From: Promethearchaeota archaeon
GTDB taxonomy: Archaea > Asgardarchaeota > Lokiarchaeia > Sigyniarchaeales > SOKP01
DNA: 64,000 nt
Direction of reading: 5' to 3'
Assembly (NCBI GenBank): GCA_016930515.1
Contig: JAFGGO010000085.1
Coordinates: forward strand, 8,740 to 72,739
This document shows, piece by piece, positions 49,339 through 59,593 of the stretch. The notes under the pieces were generated by a model. It was not told where the DNA came from, did not search any database, and saw only the letters and a program-made list of their open reading frames with translations. The position numbers were made by a program, and so were the translations under genes. The number at the start of each line of letters is the position of its first letter. Position 1 is the first letter of the stretch.

Positions 49339-51587
49339 TCCTTCTCCTCATCGTTAATCTTTTGTTCGTGCACATTTCTCAAGATAAAAAACAGTTCTTC
49401 GTGATCGTCAACGCATATGATTCTTAAATCACTCTTTTCTGAAAATTCTATAGCGGCTCTCTTGAGTGATCTTTTGTGCCCCTCATATTTTTCCTTAAAT
49501 TCAGAAAAATCAAGAATATTTAATACTAACTCGTATTTTTCGTTGGAAACTTCGTTGAATTTTTCGACATCAAATAGTTCAATATCCTCGGCTGGATAGA
49601 TCTGAACAAGTACGTTTTTGCCAATAACCACATGTTCCTGAGATTCAACAAAAATATGTGTCATGTTCCATTCACCCAATTTTTTCCTCAAACCCCATCT
49701 CATGGGGAGGTTCTTGCTTATTGTAAAATCAGCTTGTAACATTATAGGATTCTTATTGATGGCTTTGATTGTGAAATCTTCTAAGCTAAATTGTTTTGAT
49801 CCTTTTAATCCCTTAATGTTATTCTTGGAGATATCAGTATTGGTCCCAATATCTAAGTATTTATGAATTTTAGCCCGCACATTACCCTGCCCCTCTGATA
49901 TGTTTGATTCCCCAGAAATATTGACTAAAGAACTCGCATTAAAATCAATTTGGTTCTGGCTACTAGTACCAATGGATTCGTTAAGTATTCGATTCGAGTT
50001 CTTGAGATTGTAATTCATCTTCTTAAGTCTATTGAGTGCAATGTTCAGATAAATTTCGTCTTTAGAATTCTTTGTATATAGTATGAGGACTCTACCCTTT
50101 CGATGACGAGCCGTGCGTCCTTTCCTTTGTATCAACCGAATTTCTGAGGCGACTACATCGTAGAATATAACGAGATCGCATTCAACAATATCCAATCCCT
50201 CTTCTGCCACATTTGTAGCTACTAGAATGTTATATTTTCCTCGTTTGAAATCATCAAGGATCTGAATTTGTGTTTTCTGGGATAAACCCGTGTCTTTTTT
50301 TGATTTAGTAGCTTGACCGACGAATCTTGCGGCTTTAATAGATTGTATCTTGTTTAATTTTTCTACAATATTTAATACTGAATTTCGGAGCTTAACGAAT
50401 ACTAAAATTTTTAATTCAGGGCTTGATTGAAGCTCCTTTCTCAAATAATTTTCAAGCACGTGATATTTAGGATGTATTAACTTTTCTGGTGTGAAATCCT
50501 CACATTTTTGAAGATCAATGAAAATTCTTCTTATCTGCTGGTTAGAAGCCAGGATTTTTACTGCCTTGGAACTATTTTTTTTCCGAGCGTCACTCCGTAA
50601 CTTTTCAAGGTATTCTAATAACACATCAAGCCCCTGTTGCTCGACAAGTTCTATCATGTGATATAAAATCAACGCTTGAGCGTTAACGGATATTGCTCCA
50701 TAAGAGCCCGTCTTTTCACCTTCACCCCTGAGTATATCAATTAAGTCAGAGTTAAGCTTTACAAGGTCCTTCCTTAAGACTTTCTTTGTTAATGGGCTGG
50801 ATTCCTTCGATATAAATCCATTTTGGGCGAGATAAATCAACCTTTCTTCTAGGATCTGTTCTATTGCCTCAACGGAATCTTCCATCAACTGAGTTCTTTC
50901 TACTCCGATCTTGAATATATCCATTGGTTTGAGATACGACTTCACATCATTATCTTTTCTCGAACGGATGTGAATGTTTTCCACGGGCACATGCAAGCTC
51001 TCGCATAAAGTTAAAATCTTCTCTTTCGTGGATCCAGGAGATGCAGTTAAGGCTAAAATAAATCCGTCTGAATTCTGCTCAAGAAATTTATCCGCAATCA
51101 AGATGTACGGATAATCTCCAGAGGCGTGGTGTGCCTCGTCTATTACTAACAAGCAAACTTTCTTTAAAGCGTATCTATTGCTAACCAGATCGTTTCTTAG
51201 GGTTTGGGGGGTGTAAAACAACACCTGTCGGTTCTTAAATATTTCTAACCTTTTTTCAGGAGGAATTTTTCCCGTGAGGATTCCAAACCTATCTTCGGGA
51301 ACTTGAAGCTTATATGAGAAAGATTCGTAATGCTGATTGATTAACGGCCGAGTAGGGGCCAATATTATAATTTTACTTCCCGCAGGCACCATTGTTAATG
51401 TTTTTAACGCTACTAACACGGCAATAACGGTTTTTCCAAGTCCTGTGGGCAACACTACTAAAGAATTTTTACCCGCACACTTGTCTGCGATTTCAACTTG
51501 GTATTTTCTATATTCTATTAATTGATTTTTAGTGTTTTTTTTTTCGAGAGTTTTTTCTTCTTGAATATCGTTTTTAATATCACTCAT
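49335..51587 (-). CDS. hef: Hef/FANCM/Mph1-like SF2 helicase with degenerate ERCC4-like C-terminal domain
   Basis: R.YQ, LPTGLGKT, DEAHH, LTASPG, FVGQ, EEGLDI, IQRKGRTAR; C-terminus lacks GDY/ERK. Confidence 0.88.
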   Translation of the reverse strand: MSDIKNDIQEEKTLEKKNTKNQLIEYRKYQVEIADKCAGKNSLVVLPTGLGKTVIAVLVALKTLTMVPAGSKIIILAPTRPLINQHYESFSYKLQVPEDRFGILTGKIPPEKRLEIFKNRQVLFYTPQTLRNDLVSNRYALKKVCLLVIDEAHHASGDYPYILIADKFLEQNSDGFILALTASPGSTKEKILTLCESLHVPVENIHIRSRKDNDVKSYLKPMDIFKIGVERTQLMEDSVEAIEQILEERLIYLAQNGFISKESSPLTKKVLRKDLVKLNSDLIDILRGEGEKTGSYGAISVNAQALILYHMIELVEQQGLDVLLEYLEKLRSDARKKNSSKAVKILASNQQIRRIFIDLQKCEDFTPEKLIHPKYHVLENYLRKELQSSPELKILVFVKLRNSVLNIVEKLNKIQSIKAARFVGQATKSKKDTGLSQKTQIQILDDFKRGKYNILVATNVAEEGLDIVECDLVIFYDVVASEIRLIQRKGRTARHRKGRVLILYTKNSKDEIYLNIALNRLKKMNYNLKNSNRILNESIGTSSQNQIDFNASSLVNISGESNISEGQGNVRAKIHKYLDIGTNTDISKNNIKGLKGSKQFSLEDFTIKAINKNPIMLQADFTISKNLPMRWGLRKKLGEWNMTHIFVESQEHVVIGKNVLVQIYPAEDIELFDVEKFNEVSNEKYELVLNILDFSEFKEKYEGHKRSLKRAAIEFSEKSDLRIICVDDHEELFFILRNVHEQKINDEEKD

Positions 51588-52162
51588 TATTGCTCAACTT
51601 TTACCTCATAGCGATCGACTTTTAAGTTAAACACGGGTTTGTTAAGTCTTTTATAAGAGAGAATGATGCGACCTAGTTCTAATCCAAGCCTTGAGGGATA
51701 TATAAGATCGTTTCCGTTCTTGTAAAAAAAATATGGATGATGGTTCTTTACTGCTTGGACCATGGCTGATAATTTTGATGAGGTATCTTTAAGGTCAAAA
51801 CCTTTTCCTCGTTTAATCTCTAAAAAAGCATAAGTCAAATCTCCCAGCTTTTCAGCGTGATCTTTTTCAAGCGTGATGATATCCGGAATTTTATCTAGAA
51901 AACTTTCGGTCCTCAAATATATAATACCGTTTTCCACGCTCTTTTCTAAAATATGGTTTTTAAAAGTCGAACGCATTGTTTTTTGCGTTTCTAAGATCAA
52001 ATCAATTGCTAAATGCGTTTCTTGAGGATTTAAACCGAAGTACCTTGCAAGTTCCGTGAAATTAAATTTTTTTTCGTATTTTCCCTCAAAAGAGTTCAAA
52101 ATTTTTACGATATCTTTAATCTTTTCAATAAGCGAGTAATTTAGATCTGATCTCATTGTCAC
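51587..52162 (-). CDS. Hypothetical protein, probable winged-helix DNA-binding
   Basis: FNFTELARYFGL helix-turn-helix-like segment; first gene of the hef operon. Confidence 0.7.
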   Translation of the reverse strand: MTMRSDLNYSLIEKIKDIVKILNSFEGKYEKKFNFTELARYFGLNPQETHLAIDLILETQKTMRSTFKNHILEKSVENGIIYLRTESFLDKIPDIITLEKDHAEKLGDLTYAFLEIKRGKGFDLKDTSSKLSAMVQAVKNHHPYFFYKNGNDLIYPSRLGLELGRIILSYKRLNKPVFNLKVDRYEVKVEQ

Positions 52163-52180
52163 ATTCGTTATTGCTTGAAA

Positions 52181-52200
52181 TTATTTAAAGAAAAAAACTT
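52181..52200 (-). promoter_or_regulatory. AAG-T7-C-TTTAAATAA promoter motif
   Basis: TATA ends 20-25 bp before the first start codon of the hef operon. Confidence 0.6.
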
Positions 52201-52318
52201 ATTGAATGGTCATCTATAGAAAAATTTCAGAAGATTTTTGAATAGAAAAAAATATCACTTATAAAGTGGGGTTCAAATAACTGCATTAATCTATTTATAA
52301 AATACAAAATAAAGATAC

Positions 52319-52328
52319 AAAAAAAAAA
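52319..52328 (-). terminator. Oligo(dT) terminator
   Basis: T10 on the minus strand directly after the stop at 52329. Confidence 0.45.
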
Positions 52329-55304
52329 TTAGGTTTTAATCTTGGATTTAAAGGATTTTTTGAATTTATGAGGAAATCTTTTTCGTAAATCTCCCTTAAC
52401 CTTAAGAAATATGCCTCCAATGACGAAAGGAGCGATAAGAAAACCCAGTGAAAGCGTTGAGGCTAAGACCACTTGTTTTTTCTCTTCTTCCTGTCCCTTC
52501 AATGCTCCCGATGGTTCAGAATACAATGAAGAAGTCCATGTATGGACTAATTCCGGATGGTCTAAAAATGGGTCCTCATAGAACATTTCATAGTAATAAT
52601 CTCCGTATTCAGTTGGAATATATTTCAGGAAATAATTTGTCTGATTAGCATTCTCTGTTTTAGTCTCGTTTAAGTAAATGCGTTCGATAAAATCGTCGTT
52701 TAAATACACATCCACAAAAAATCGGTATCCATAAGGCCCCGATGCCAAGCTTCCGTTCTCAACAATTATTTTTGACGATGCTCTAAATTCCACACTTCCG
52801 TCGGATATCGTCAGGGCGTTGAAGGACTCAATCGACTCGCAAAATGTTGTAAAGGAGATCGGAAAGCTCAAGATAACCGTCCCACCTTCGTAAACTTCGA
52901 TCTTGCCCTCCACGCTCGGATAATTATCGATTGTGATTGGAACGACGATTTGTTGCCAGAAATAATTTTCACTTGCACTTAATGAAAACGATCCTAATTG
53001 CTCGCTTTCGAAGATAGCCGTATAGTCCGTGGCTATTACATCGTAAATTAATTCACTTAATGACACGCTCACATTAACGGTATTACCCAAGGCTATGGTG
53101 GCTTCGCACGACACTTCTCCGCGTATCCATTCTGAATTAGCCATTTCACAAATCCAGAAGAGTGCTTCTTGTTCGATTTCCATTTTTTCCGTGGACAAGT
53201 AAAAATCATTGATGTCTTCGAAATATATTTGTTGGACTAAATCCTGAATTAAAGAAGTGTCAAAATCGTAATCTTTACCAAGGAGATCAAATATCTTGAA
53301 GCAATAATAGACACTAGCAATGCTCGAATAATCAAGGCTTTGAATGGCGAAAGATAATATCTTTTGGTCGTCCAAGGTGTATGTCTCCAATATTTTTAAC
53401 AATTCCAATGCAAAATAAGTATTTTTTAACACCTCGATCTTATCATCCGTGTAGCGAGGTTGGAAATACGCAATTCCCCCTTCTTCAACAATGTTTCTAT
53501 ATAAGAACTCCGTGAGCGAATCACAATCGATACCCGAGTCGCTTAAAGAACCCAGATTCAGGTAATTATAAATTAAGATTAACGACTTGATTCCGTAATA
53601 GGTGTATTCGAGAAAAACATTCTCGTCTCTCACATCTGCGGGGGCCCATATTAAGCCTCCGTTAGGAAGAAATCCCCCGTTTCCATCATATCCTGGCTCT
53701 AAGAATTGACAATCAACGATCGATTGAAGGAACCCTAGCAAAGAATACAAATTGTCTAAGTCATCCAACTTGAATGTGTTTTTCAGGATCTCCAAGGCGA
53801 AATATGTGGCTTTATGTGAATAAGGCATACCTATTGCTTGAAAAATTTTTCTATTACCATAACTATTTGTTTCGGTAGGAAATGTTTTGAAATACATGCA
53901 ATCGAGAGCTATATTCACTTGAGAACCGAACATCGACTCTGGGAAGTAATTTAACATACAAGCGTTGGTGATTTGGTTGAAAATAGCCTCTTTTTCTAAT
54001 AAAGCAAGATTGTTGTACTTGTTCTCCATTTTAAGGCTTTTAACAATGGAATTGAGAGATTTTATGGAGGTGTAATCTTTCGAAACAATAGAATAGCCTC
54101 CTATTGGGTTCTTGTAAAGATTGAACGAGTTAGCAATTTCATCTAGCTCTAAAGTTGGAATCATTGATAGAGATCCCGTGTTATACAAAGATCTTAAGAT
54201 CGCGTAAGTGAACCAAATGTCGTGGTTGTTTCTGGTGGTTCCGTCGTCCCAATTACCGCGCTCGTTCCTATGAGATATCACATATTGAATAGTCGCTGTC
54301 CTGTCGTAGCTAGAAAACCAAGTCAAATCTGATAATTCCACGGCCATTGCGCTCGCAACCAAGTTCATTTCCTCTTCTAATCCAATGAACTCTCTCATGG
54401 CGAAAAAATGCTCACTCGTCTGATAAGTACTATCCATATATTCCCAAAAATCGCTTAATCCCATGCTTGCCACGCTTCCAAATATTTCTAAGACTTTAAC
54501 GCAATAATAAGAAGAAATCGTGCTTTTATCGCTTGGACAAGTTGTATAAATCGATGAAAATTTATCGTTTTTAAAACAACCGTTACTCCCGTGAAGAGAA
54601 TTTATGAATAAGATGATATCGTCCACTTCATCCCCATAGGTTAACCAATCGCTTAAGAGAAGATCCAAGGTCATGACTGCGTGGAATGTATTTTCTGCCG
54701 TTGGAATTAGAAATTCGCTGGCTAACGAAGGATCGTAAGGCCTGCCCATGAATCCGTGTTCCAGGGGATTGTAACAGCTCCAAATGAAATTAATAGTGTC
54801 TTGCGTGTCGATTAGAGATAAATTTCCCAATAAGTAAAGGATTATCGTTGCGTAACAATTAACTTCCAGAAGAGACGTAAGTGGGTAGTAGATGCTGAGA
54901 AAATCGGTGTCTAAATATCGATCGGAATAAATGTCGCTAAAGAGGTGAGTAGTTGCATTGTAATGCGCCATGATAAAGTTCACGACATTGTCCTTGTCGA
55001 TTGCTATTTCTTTACCCAAATACATCAAACTCTGAACGGCGTAGTAAGTGGCGTGGATGGATGGATGGTAATATTCCGAAAAATATCCGTCCTGACGGAA
55101 TTCTTCAATCTTGGCGTCAAGTACTTGTTCCATTATTTGCTGGGTACTAAGACTATGTTTGATATAATGCAGATCTTGGTTTGGGTCGCTTTTATAAGCG
55201 TTAATCGGGGACATGTTCCAAAACGAAGCAATAATGCCCGTTATAACCAGCACTAAACCAGTTAATTTTAATTTTCGTGTTATATTTACATTCCTTGTTC
55301 TCAT
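52329..55304 (-). CDS. Large secreted, C-terminally anchored protein with prenyltransferase/squalene-oxidase-like alpha-alpha repeats
   Basis: N-terminal TM, repeated ATYYAV..L / FIWSC / GF / TYFAL..L units, C-terminal TM plus basic tail; ATG 55304 preferred. Confidence 0.8.
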   Translation of the reverse strand: MRTRNVNITRKLKLTGLVLVITGIIASFWNMSPINAYKSDPNQDLHYIKHSLSTQQIMEQVLDAKIEEFRQDGYFSEYYHPSIHATYYAVQSLMYLGKEIAIDKDNVVNFIMAHYNATTHLFSDIYSDRYLDTDFLSIYYPLTSLLEVNCYATIILYLLGNLSLIDTQDTINFIWSCYNPLEHGFMGRPYDPSLASEFLIPTAENTFHAVMTLDLLLSDWLTYGDEVDDIILFINSLHGSNGCFKNDKFSSIYTTCPSDKSTISSYYCVKVLEIFGSVASMGLSDFWEYMDSTYQTSEHFFAMREFIGLEEEMNLVASAMAVELSDLTWFSSYDRTATIQYVISHRNERGNWDDGTTRNNHDIWFTYAILRSLYNTGSLSMIPTLELDEIANSFNLYKNPIGGYSIVSKDYTSIKSLNSIVKSLKMENKYNNLALLEKEAIFNQITNACMLNYFPESMFGSQVNIALDCMYFKTFPTETNSYGNRKIFQAIGMPYSHKATYFALEILKNTFKLDDLDNLYSLLGFLQSIVDCQFLEPGYDGNGGFLPNGGLIWAPADVRDENVFLEYTYYGIKSLILIYNYLNLGSLSDSGIDCDSLTEFLYRNIVEEGGIAYFQPRYTDDKIEVLKNTYFALELLKILETYTLDDQKILSFAIQSLDYSSIASVYYCFKIFDLLGKDYDFDTSLIQDLVQQIYFEDINDFYLSTEKMEIEQEALFWICEMANSEWIRGEVSCEATIALGNTVNVSVSLSELIYDVIATDYTAIFESEQLGSFSLSASENYFWQQIVVPITIDNYPSVEGKIEVYEGGTVILSFPISFTTFCESIESFNALTISDGSVEFRASSKIIVENGSLASGPYGYRFFVDVYLNDDFIERIYLNETKTENANQTNYFLKYIPTEYGDYYYEMFYEDPFLDHPELVHTWTSSLYSEPSGALKGQEEEKKQVVLASTLSLGFLIAPFVIGGIFLKVKGDLRKRFPHKFKKSFKSKIKT

Positions 55305-55346
55305 TATTAACACAATTTTTAATTTAACGCTTGAATATCCTCGATC

Positions 55347-55420
55347 CATTTAAAGAAAAAACTTGAAACCTATTTCATTTCTTCTTGAAGAATAGAATCA
55401 TATTGTTTAAAGAAAAAACG
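55347..55420 (-). promoter_or_regulatory. Two tandem T6-C-TTTAAA promoter motifs
   Basis: AAGTTTTTTCTTTAAATG (55364-55347) and CGTTTTTTCTTTAAACA (55420-55404). Confidence 0.5.
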
Positions 55421-55461
55421 AAAATTATAATGAAAAAAAAAGGTTAAAATTTATAACAGGA

Positions 55462-58188
55462 TTAATGTCTTCGTTTGTTTACAACAACCCCTACCAATAA
55501 GACGGTAGCTGCTGCACCAATCACGATTCCGATGACAACAATAATGACGATTACTGTTGTATCGGGGGCGGGACTTGTACTAGCAAGCTTTACTACTTCT
55601 ACTTCTACAAAGGATTCGCTTCCTACAACATCCCTAACGTAAAATTTAATAACAACGCTGCCGCTTTCTAATTCATTCCAAGCGGTTTCATTAATCGTGC
55701 CGCTTTCGCTAAATATTTCTATCGGCTCTCCATCGTTTAATGTATACCAGATCTTTTCAACATTCGTTTCCGTGATCTGAAGCTCGAAGTCGGGAGGTGA
55801 TTTAAACTCCTGTCCAGTTAAGGGCATTTTGATCGAGATCATTGGTGCTTGGGTGTCCTTCAATACCGTAACCCTTGCGTTTCGCACATTTCCAATCGAA
55901 TCGTTGGCGTAGAAAATAATTTCCACCAAACCATCTCCTAAATCGTTCCATGCTGTTTCATTGATCTCACCCGTACTCGATTCGTTTATTGCCGGGATGT
56001 ATATTGGATCTCCGCCGTTTAAAACGTACCAAATGGCGCTTAACTCGCTTTCCTCGATCCAGATGTCATATGCGGGCGCAGTTGCATTAAATGCCTCGGT
56101 TTCCAAGGGTGAATTGATCGTGATATTCGGACCAATCAATTGGGACCACGCCACGAGAATAATATCGAGCGAAGAAGTACTATTTGTCAATTGAAGCAAG
56201 ACTCCCGTTGCCGTATCAAATTTTACAATAATTCCCTCCAAAGGATTTACCGTAACATACTCGCAGGTTCTCCCTCCGTAAGTTCCAGACTGCGTTCCGT
56301 ACATGCCAATTAACATTTCTATACTGGTTTTTGCAATGACCATAGGAATTCCCCCTAAAAGGATTAAATATTGATTTTCTAGTGGCGGGGAATTCTCGCT
56401 ATAGATTGTTCCAATAGGAGGATAAAACAAGCCTGATGGTACTTCAGTCACGACAATTCCCGTAAAATTTTGATGCATTCCACCAACTTGAGTCTCATAT
56501 GTCCATTCGTCGCCGGTCTCTATAACCCATTCTTCTGAGGAGGCACTCGTTATAGACCAATTAACGAGGATATATTGCATGATATCGGTTCCGGATATAG
56601 ATGTTAGACTAAGAGCGATTCCTGTCGCCCTGTCGATGTTTATGAAATAATCTGAACCGTAAGACAAGACAACATATTCACACTGCCTTCCCCCGTAGGA
56701 TGCCGAACTCGTTCCCGCAATTGATGCGATGGATTCTATCGTACCATTGTCATACACATACATGAAAAGATCTTGATCAGGTTCTGGCGGACCTCCTTCG
56801 TAATAGATTGTTCCAATTGGAGGATCAGGGTAATCCGGAACGGATGTCACCTCAATTCCCATAGAACTTAAGATATCTCCGTTAAGTATTATATTGTATG
56901 TCCATTCTTCGCCCACCTCTACAAGCCAGGTTGGCGGCCCCCAAACCGACCAATTAACGAGGATATATTCATCTCCCCACTCCGTTGTTATATTCAAGGC
57001 GATACCCGTAGCATTGTCGATATAGAATGTCTTTCCCATCCCGTTATCGAGAACAACATAATAACATTCCTTACCTCCGTAATATCCAGAAAAAATACCA
57101 TTAGTTTCCGCAGCCTGCCCAATGGTCGCATTGTCAAAAACATATTCGTAAGAAAGGAGAACTCCAAGTTGAGGCATATTCCCTAATTCATACCTATCAC
57201 CAATAGGAGACCTCGGGTATTCTTGAACATCAGTAACCTTGAACCCAAATTCTCGTTCATAACCGTATTCTAAAACATCATATATCCATTCATCGCCCTC
57301 AGAAACGAGCCACTTTGTAGGCTCTCTTGCCACGCTTGCTAACGACCAATCAACGAGAATTAATTGCTCCCCCCAATCCGTTGTTATGTTCAAGACGATG
57401 CCCGTGACGTTGTCAATATAGAATATGCTTTCCATGAAATTGTCGAGAACAACATAATGACATTCCCTACCTCCATAATACCCTGAAGAAATACCGCTGG
57501 TCTCAGCCGCCTGCGCAATCGTTATGTTATCAAACACATAAAGATTGAAGAGACTAATATTATAAGGACTCGAGTTATTCCTATACATCATACCAATAGG
57601 AGTGCTGGGATATTCTGGAACCTCCATGACTTCGATGCCCATTGTATTCAAGAAAGTCTCGTCTTGAAATACTTCATATGTCCATTCTTCGTCTCCCGAA
57701 AGGAGCCACTCTCCAGGTTCGATTGTTGGATTCCAGTCTATGAGGATATACTCTTCATCAATTGAATGTTTTTCTAACAGAATACCTGTTTCAATATCAA
57801 TAACATAGAAACTTCCATCATACCAGGCAAGGATACATTCACGAGTGAGTCCACCATAAATCTCAGTACCAGTAGTGCCGTTATCCCGTATTTGCTCCAT
57901 TACTTCATCGTTAAATACAATCCAGTTACAAAAATGCTCATCCGATTGTATGAGCGAGGAATTTAAATATAATGCTCCCATAACCGACCCGTATGGCTCG
58001 GAAACAGATGTCACTTGGGCAGTTAAGTTCCCTTGCCCTAAATATCCTTCGTACTGATAGGTCCAGGAGTCGCCTACAATCACGTGATAATCTGCTACTA
58101 CATTTTTAATTAAGATGTTTCCCGAAAACATTAAACAGAGGATAGAGATGGAAATTATTCCTGCTTTTTTTCTATTTGAAAACCTCAT
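55462..58188 (-). CDS. Cell-surface glycoprotein with five ~130-aa repeats, two Ig-like repeats and C-terminal anchor
   Basis: Signal peptide; GD.W.Y...YGGR.C...ID..TGI.L...ILV.W x5; P.I.I..P...IWY.LN...INETAWN.L x2; TM plus KRRH; many NxS/T sequons. Confidence 0.85.
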   Translation of the reverse strand: MRFSNRKKAGIISISILCLMFSGNILIKNVVADYHVIVGDSWTYQYEGYLGQGNLTAQVTSVSEPYGSVMGALYLNSSLIQSDEHFCNWIVFNDEVMEQIRDNGTTGTEIYGGLTRECILAWYDGSFYVIDIETGILLEKHSIDEEYILIDWNPTIEPGEWLLSGDEEWTYEVFQDETFLNTMGIEVMEVPEYPSTPIGMMYRNNSSPYNISLFNLYVFDNITIAQAAETSGISSGYYGGRECHYVVLDNFMESIFYIDNVTGIVLNITTDWGEQLILVDWSLASVAREPTKWLVSEGDEWIYDVLEYGYEREFGFKVTDVQEYPRSPIGDRYELGNMPQLGVLLSYEYVFDNATIGQAAETNGIFSGYYGGKECYYVVLDNGMGKTFYIDNATGIALNITTEWGDEYILVNWSVWGPPTWLVEVGEEWTYNIILNGDILSSMGIEVTSVPDYPDPPIGTIYYEGGPPEPDQDLFMYVYDNGTIESIASIAGTSSASYGGRQCEYVVLSYGSDYFINIDRATGIALSLTSISGTDIMQYILVNWSITSASSEEWVIETGDEWTYETQVGGMHQNFTGIVVTEVPSGLFYPPIGTIYSENSPPLENQYLILLGGIPMVIAKTSIEMLIGMYGTQSGTYGGRTCEYVTVNPLEGIIVKFDTATGVLLQLTNSTSSLDIILVAWSQLIGPNITINSPLETEAFNATAPAYDIWIEESELSAIWYVLNGGDPIYIPAINESSTGEINETAWNDLGDGLVEIIFYANDSIGNVRNARVTVLKDTQAPMISIKMPLTGQEFKSPPDFELQITETNVEKIWYTLNDGEPIEIFSESGTINETAWNELESGSVVIKFYVRDVVGSESFVEVEVVKLASTSPAPDTTVIVIIVVIGIVIGAAATVLLVGVVVNKRRH

Positions 58189-58571
58189 TTAATTTTTCAC
58201 TTTTAATTTTTTTATTAGATTTCGGACCATCATGGTCTCGATTTAAAATAGAAGACACCTGTTTATAAATCAATAAGGACCAAAATTATACTCATTATTA
58301 GGATGCTCGTAAAAATGCGCTTCTTTTGAATAATAAGGATAGATTTTCAATTTAACTTCGAAAAAGAAGAAAAAAGGTGATAAATTGGACTTTAAACAAT
58401 GACTTAATCGTTACTGATTAATGATGATTACGATAAAATAGGATGATGCTATTGCTAGTATTTATTTAAATTCATTCGCAATATTCTATTTTAGATAATT
58501 TAGGAATTTTTTATTCTAATAAATTCAATTATTTAATGTAAACGATTTCAGGATCAAATTCTTAATATTTA

Positions 58572-59528
58572 TCAATTGTTTAACTTGAGGAGAACCTTCC
58601 TCAAATCATCAGTAGACTTTACTAAGCTTTCGAAATTTGGAATCTTAAATCGATCGAATATTCGTTTTTTTACTTGGGACTGAATGGTGCTCATTCGTAT
58701 TCCAAGTTTCGAACAGAGCGCGTTTACGGTAAGATCTTCTCTTTCTTTATAGAAACAAAGCAGGACCATCGAAGAGACCACTCCCGCAATCACGTCGTCC
58801 TTCGTGCAATTTATCACATTCCACAACCGATACATTATAGTCTTAGATTGATAGTAGAATTCCATGTTCAGCTTGAAATGCTCGCGCAATTCCATTATTT
58901 TCTGAAGCACGTATTCCTTCCTGTTTCGTTCGGCGTATTCTGGCATAAACCGGGATATTTGGAGCTTGAAAGCGTTAAACTCTTTCTTCGTGATTTTTGA
59001 AACCTCAAGCAATTCCTGCTCGTTGATGGACATGTTTCTGATTTTCAGGCAGAAGTAGATGGTTAAGGGTACGAGCTTTTCCGGACTGCGATATTTTGTA
59101 CCAGGTCGTAAACAAGCCCTGAATTTCTTGAATCGTGCGAGTACTAGATTTGATTGAGATTTTGGTAAGTGAAGGTGCTCGAAAATTCTCTTGATTTCAC
59201 TTCGAGCCTTAATGTTAACAAGTTTCTTGCTGTCTTGTATGCAATGGAGCTTGTTAAGCTTGTCTAAACGAGACGACGCAACGGTTCTAAGCCTTTCTCT
59301 TCTCGTTCCAATTGTGGTTCCGCCCAAAACTGCGTGTTGTACTCGTTTATCTTCGTAAGGCTTGTGATATTCGAAAATCTTCGATTCGATGACGATTCCA
59401 CAATCCACACACACATATCCCTGTTCGTGATCTTTTATATTATTAGAAGAACAATTATCACACTTGATCTTGAGATCGTTCGAATTTGTGCTTTTATTTA
59501 CATTCTTGCATGTTGCCATTTCAATCAC
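58572..59528 (-). CDS. Divergent transcription factor B (TFB/TFIIB) paralog
   Basis: Zn ribbon CDNC...VCVDCGIVI, TTIG, two cyclin-fold repeats. Confidence 0.8.
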   Translation of the reverse strand: MIEMATCKNVNKSTNSNDLKIKCDNCSSNNIKDHEQGYVCVDCGIVIESKIFEYHKPYEDKRVQHAVLGGTTIGTRRERLRTVASSRLDKLNKLHCIQDSKKLVNIKARSEIKRIFEHLHLPKSQSNLVLARFKKFRACLRPGTKYRSPEKLVPLTIYFCLKIRNMSINEQELLEVSKITKKEFNAFKLQISRFMPEYAERNRKEYVLQKIMELREHFKLNMEFYYQSKTIMYRLWNVINCTKDDVIAGVVSSMVLLCFYKEREDLTVNALCSKLGIRMSTIQSQVKKRIFDRFKIPNFESLVKSTDDLRKVLLKLNN

Positions 59529-59593
59529 AATTATTTTTACAAATTCTAATAAGAGAAATAATTGGGGGTGTACGCCTTTTAAAGTTTATGATT

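Noticed and set aside
55305-55349. N-terminal extension of the 1006-aa ORF
   Set aside because: That ATG lies inside the TATA-like motif; ATG 55304 gives a normal signal/TM start
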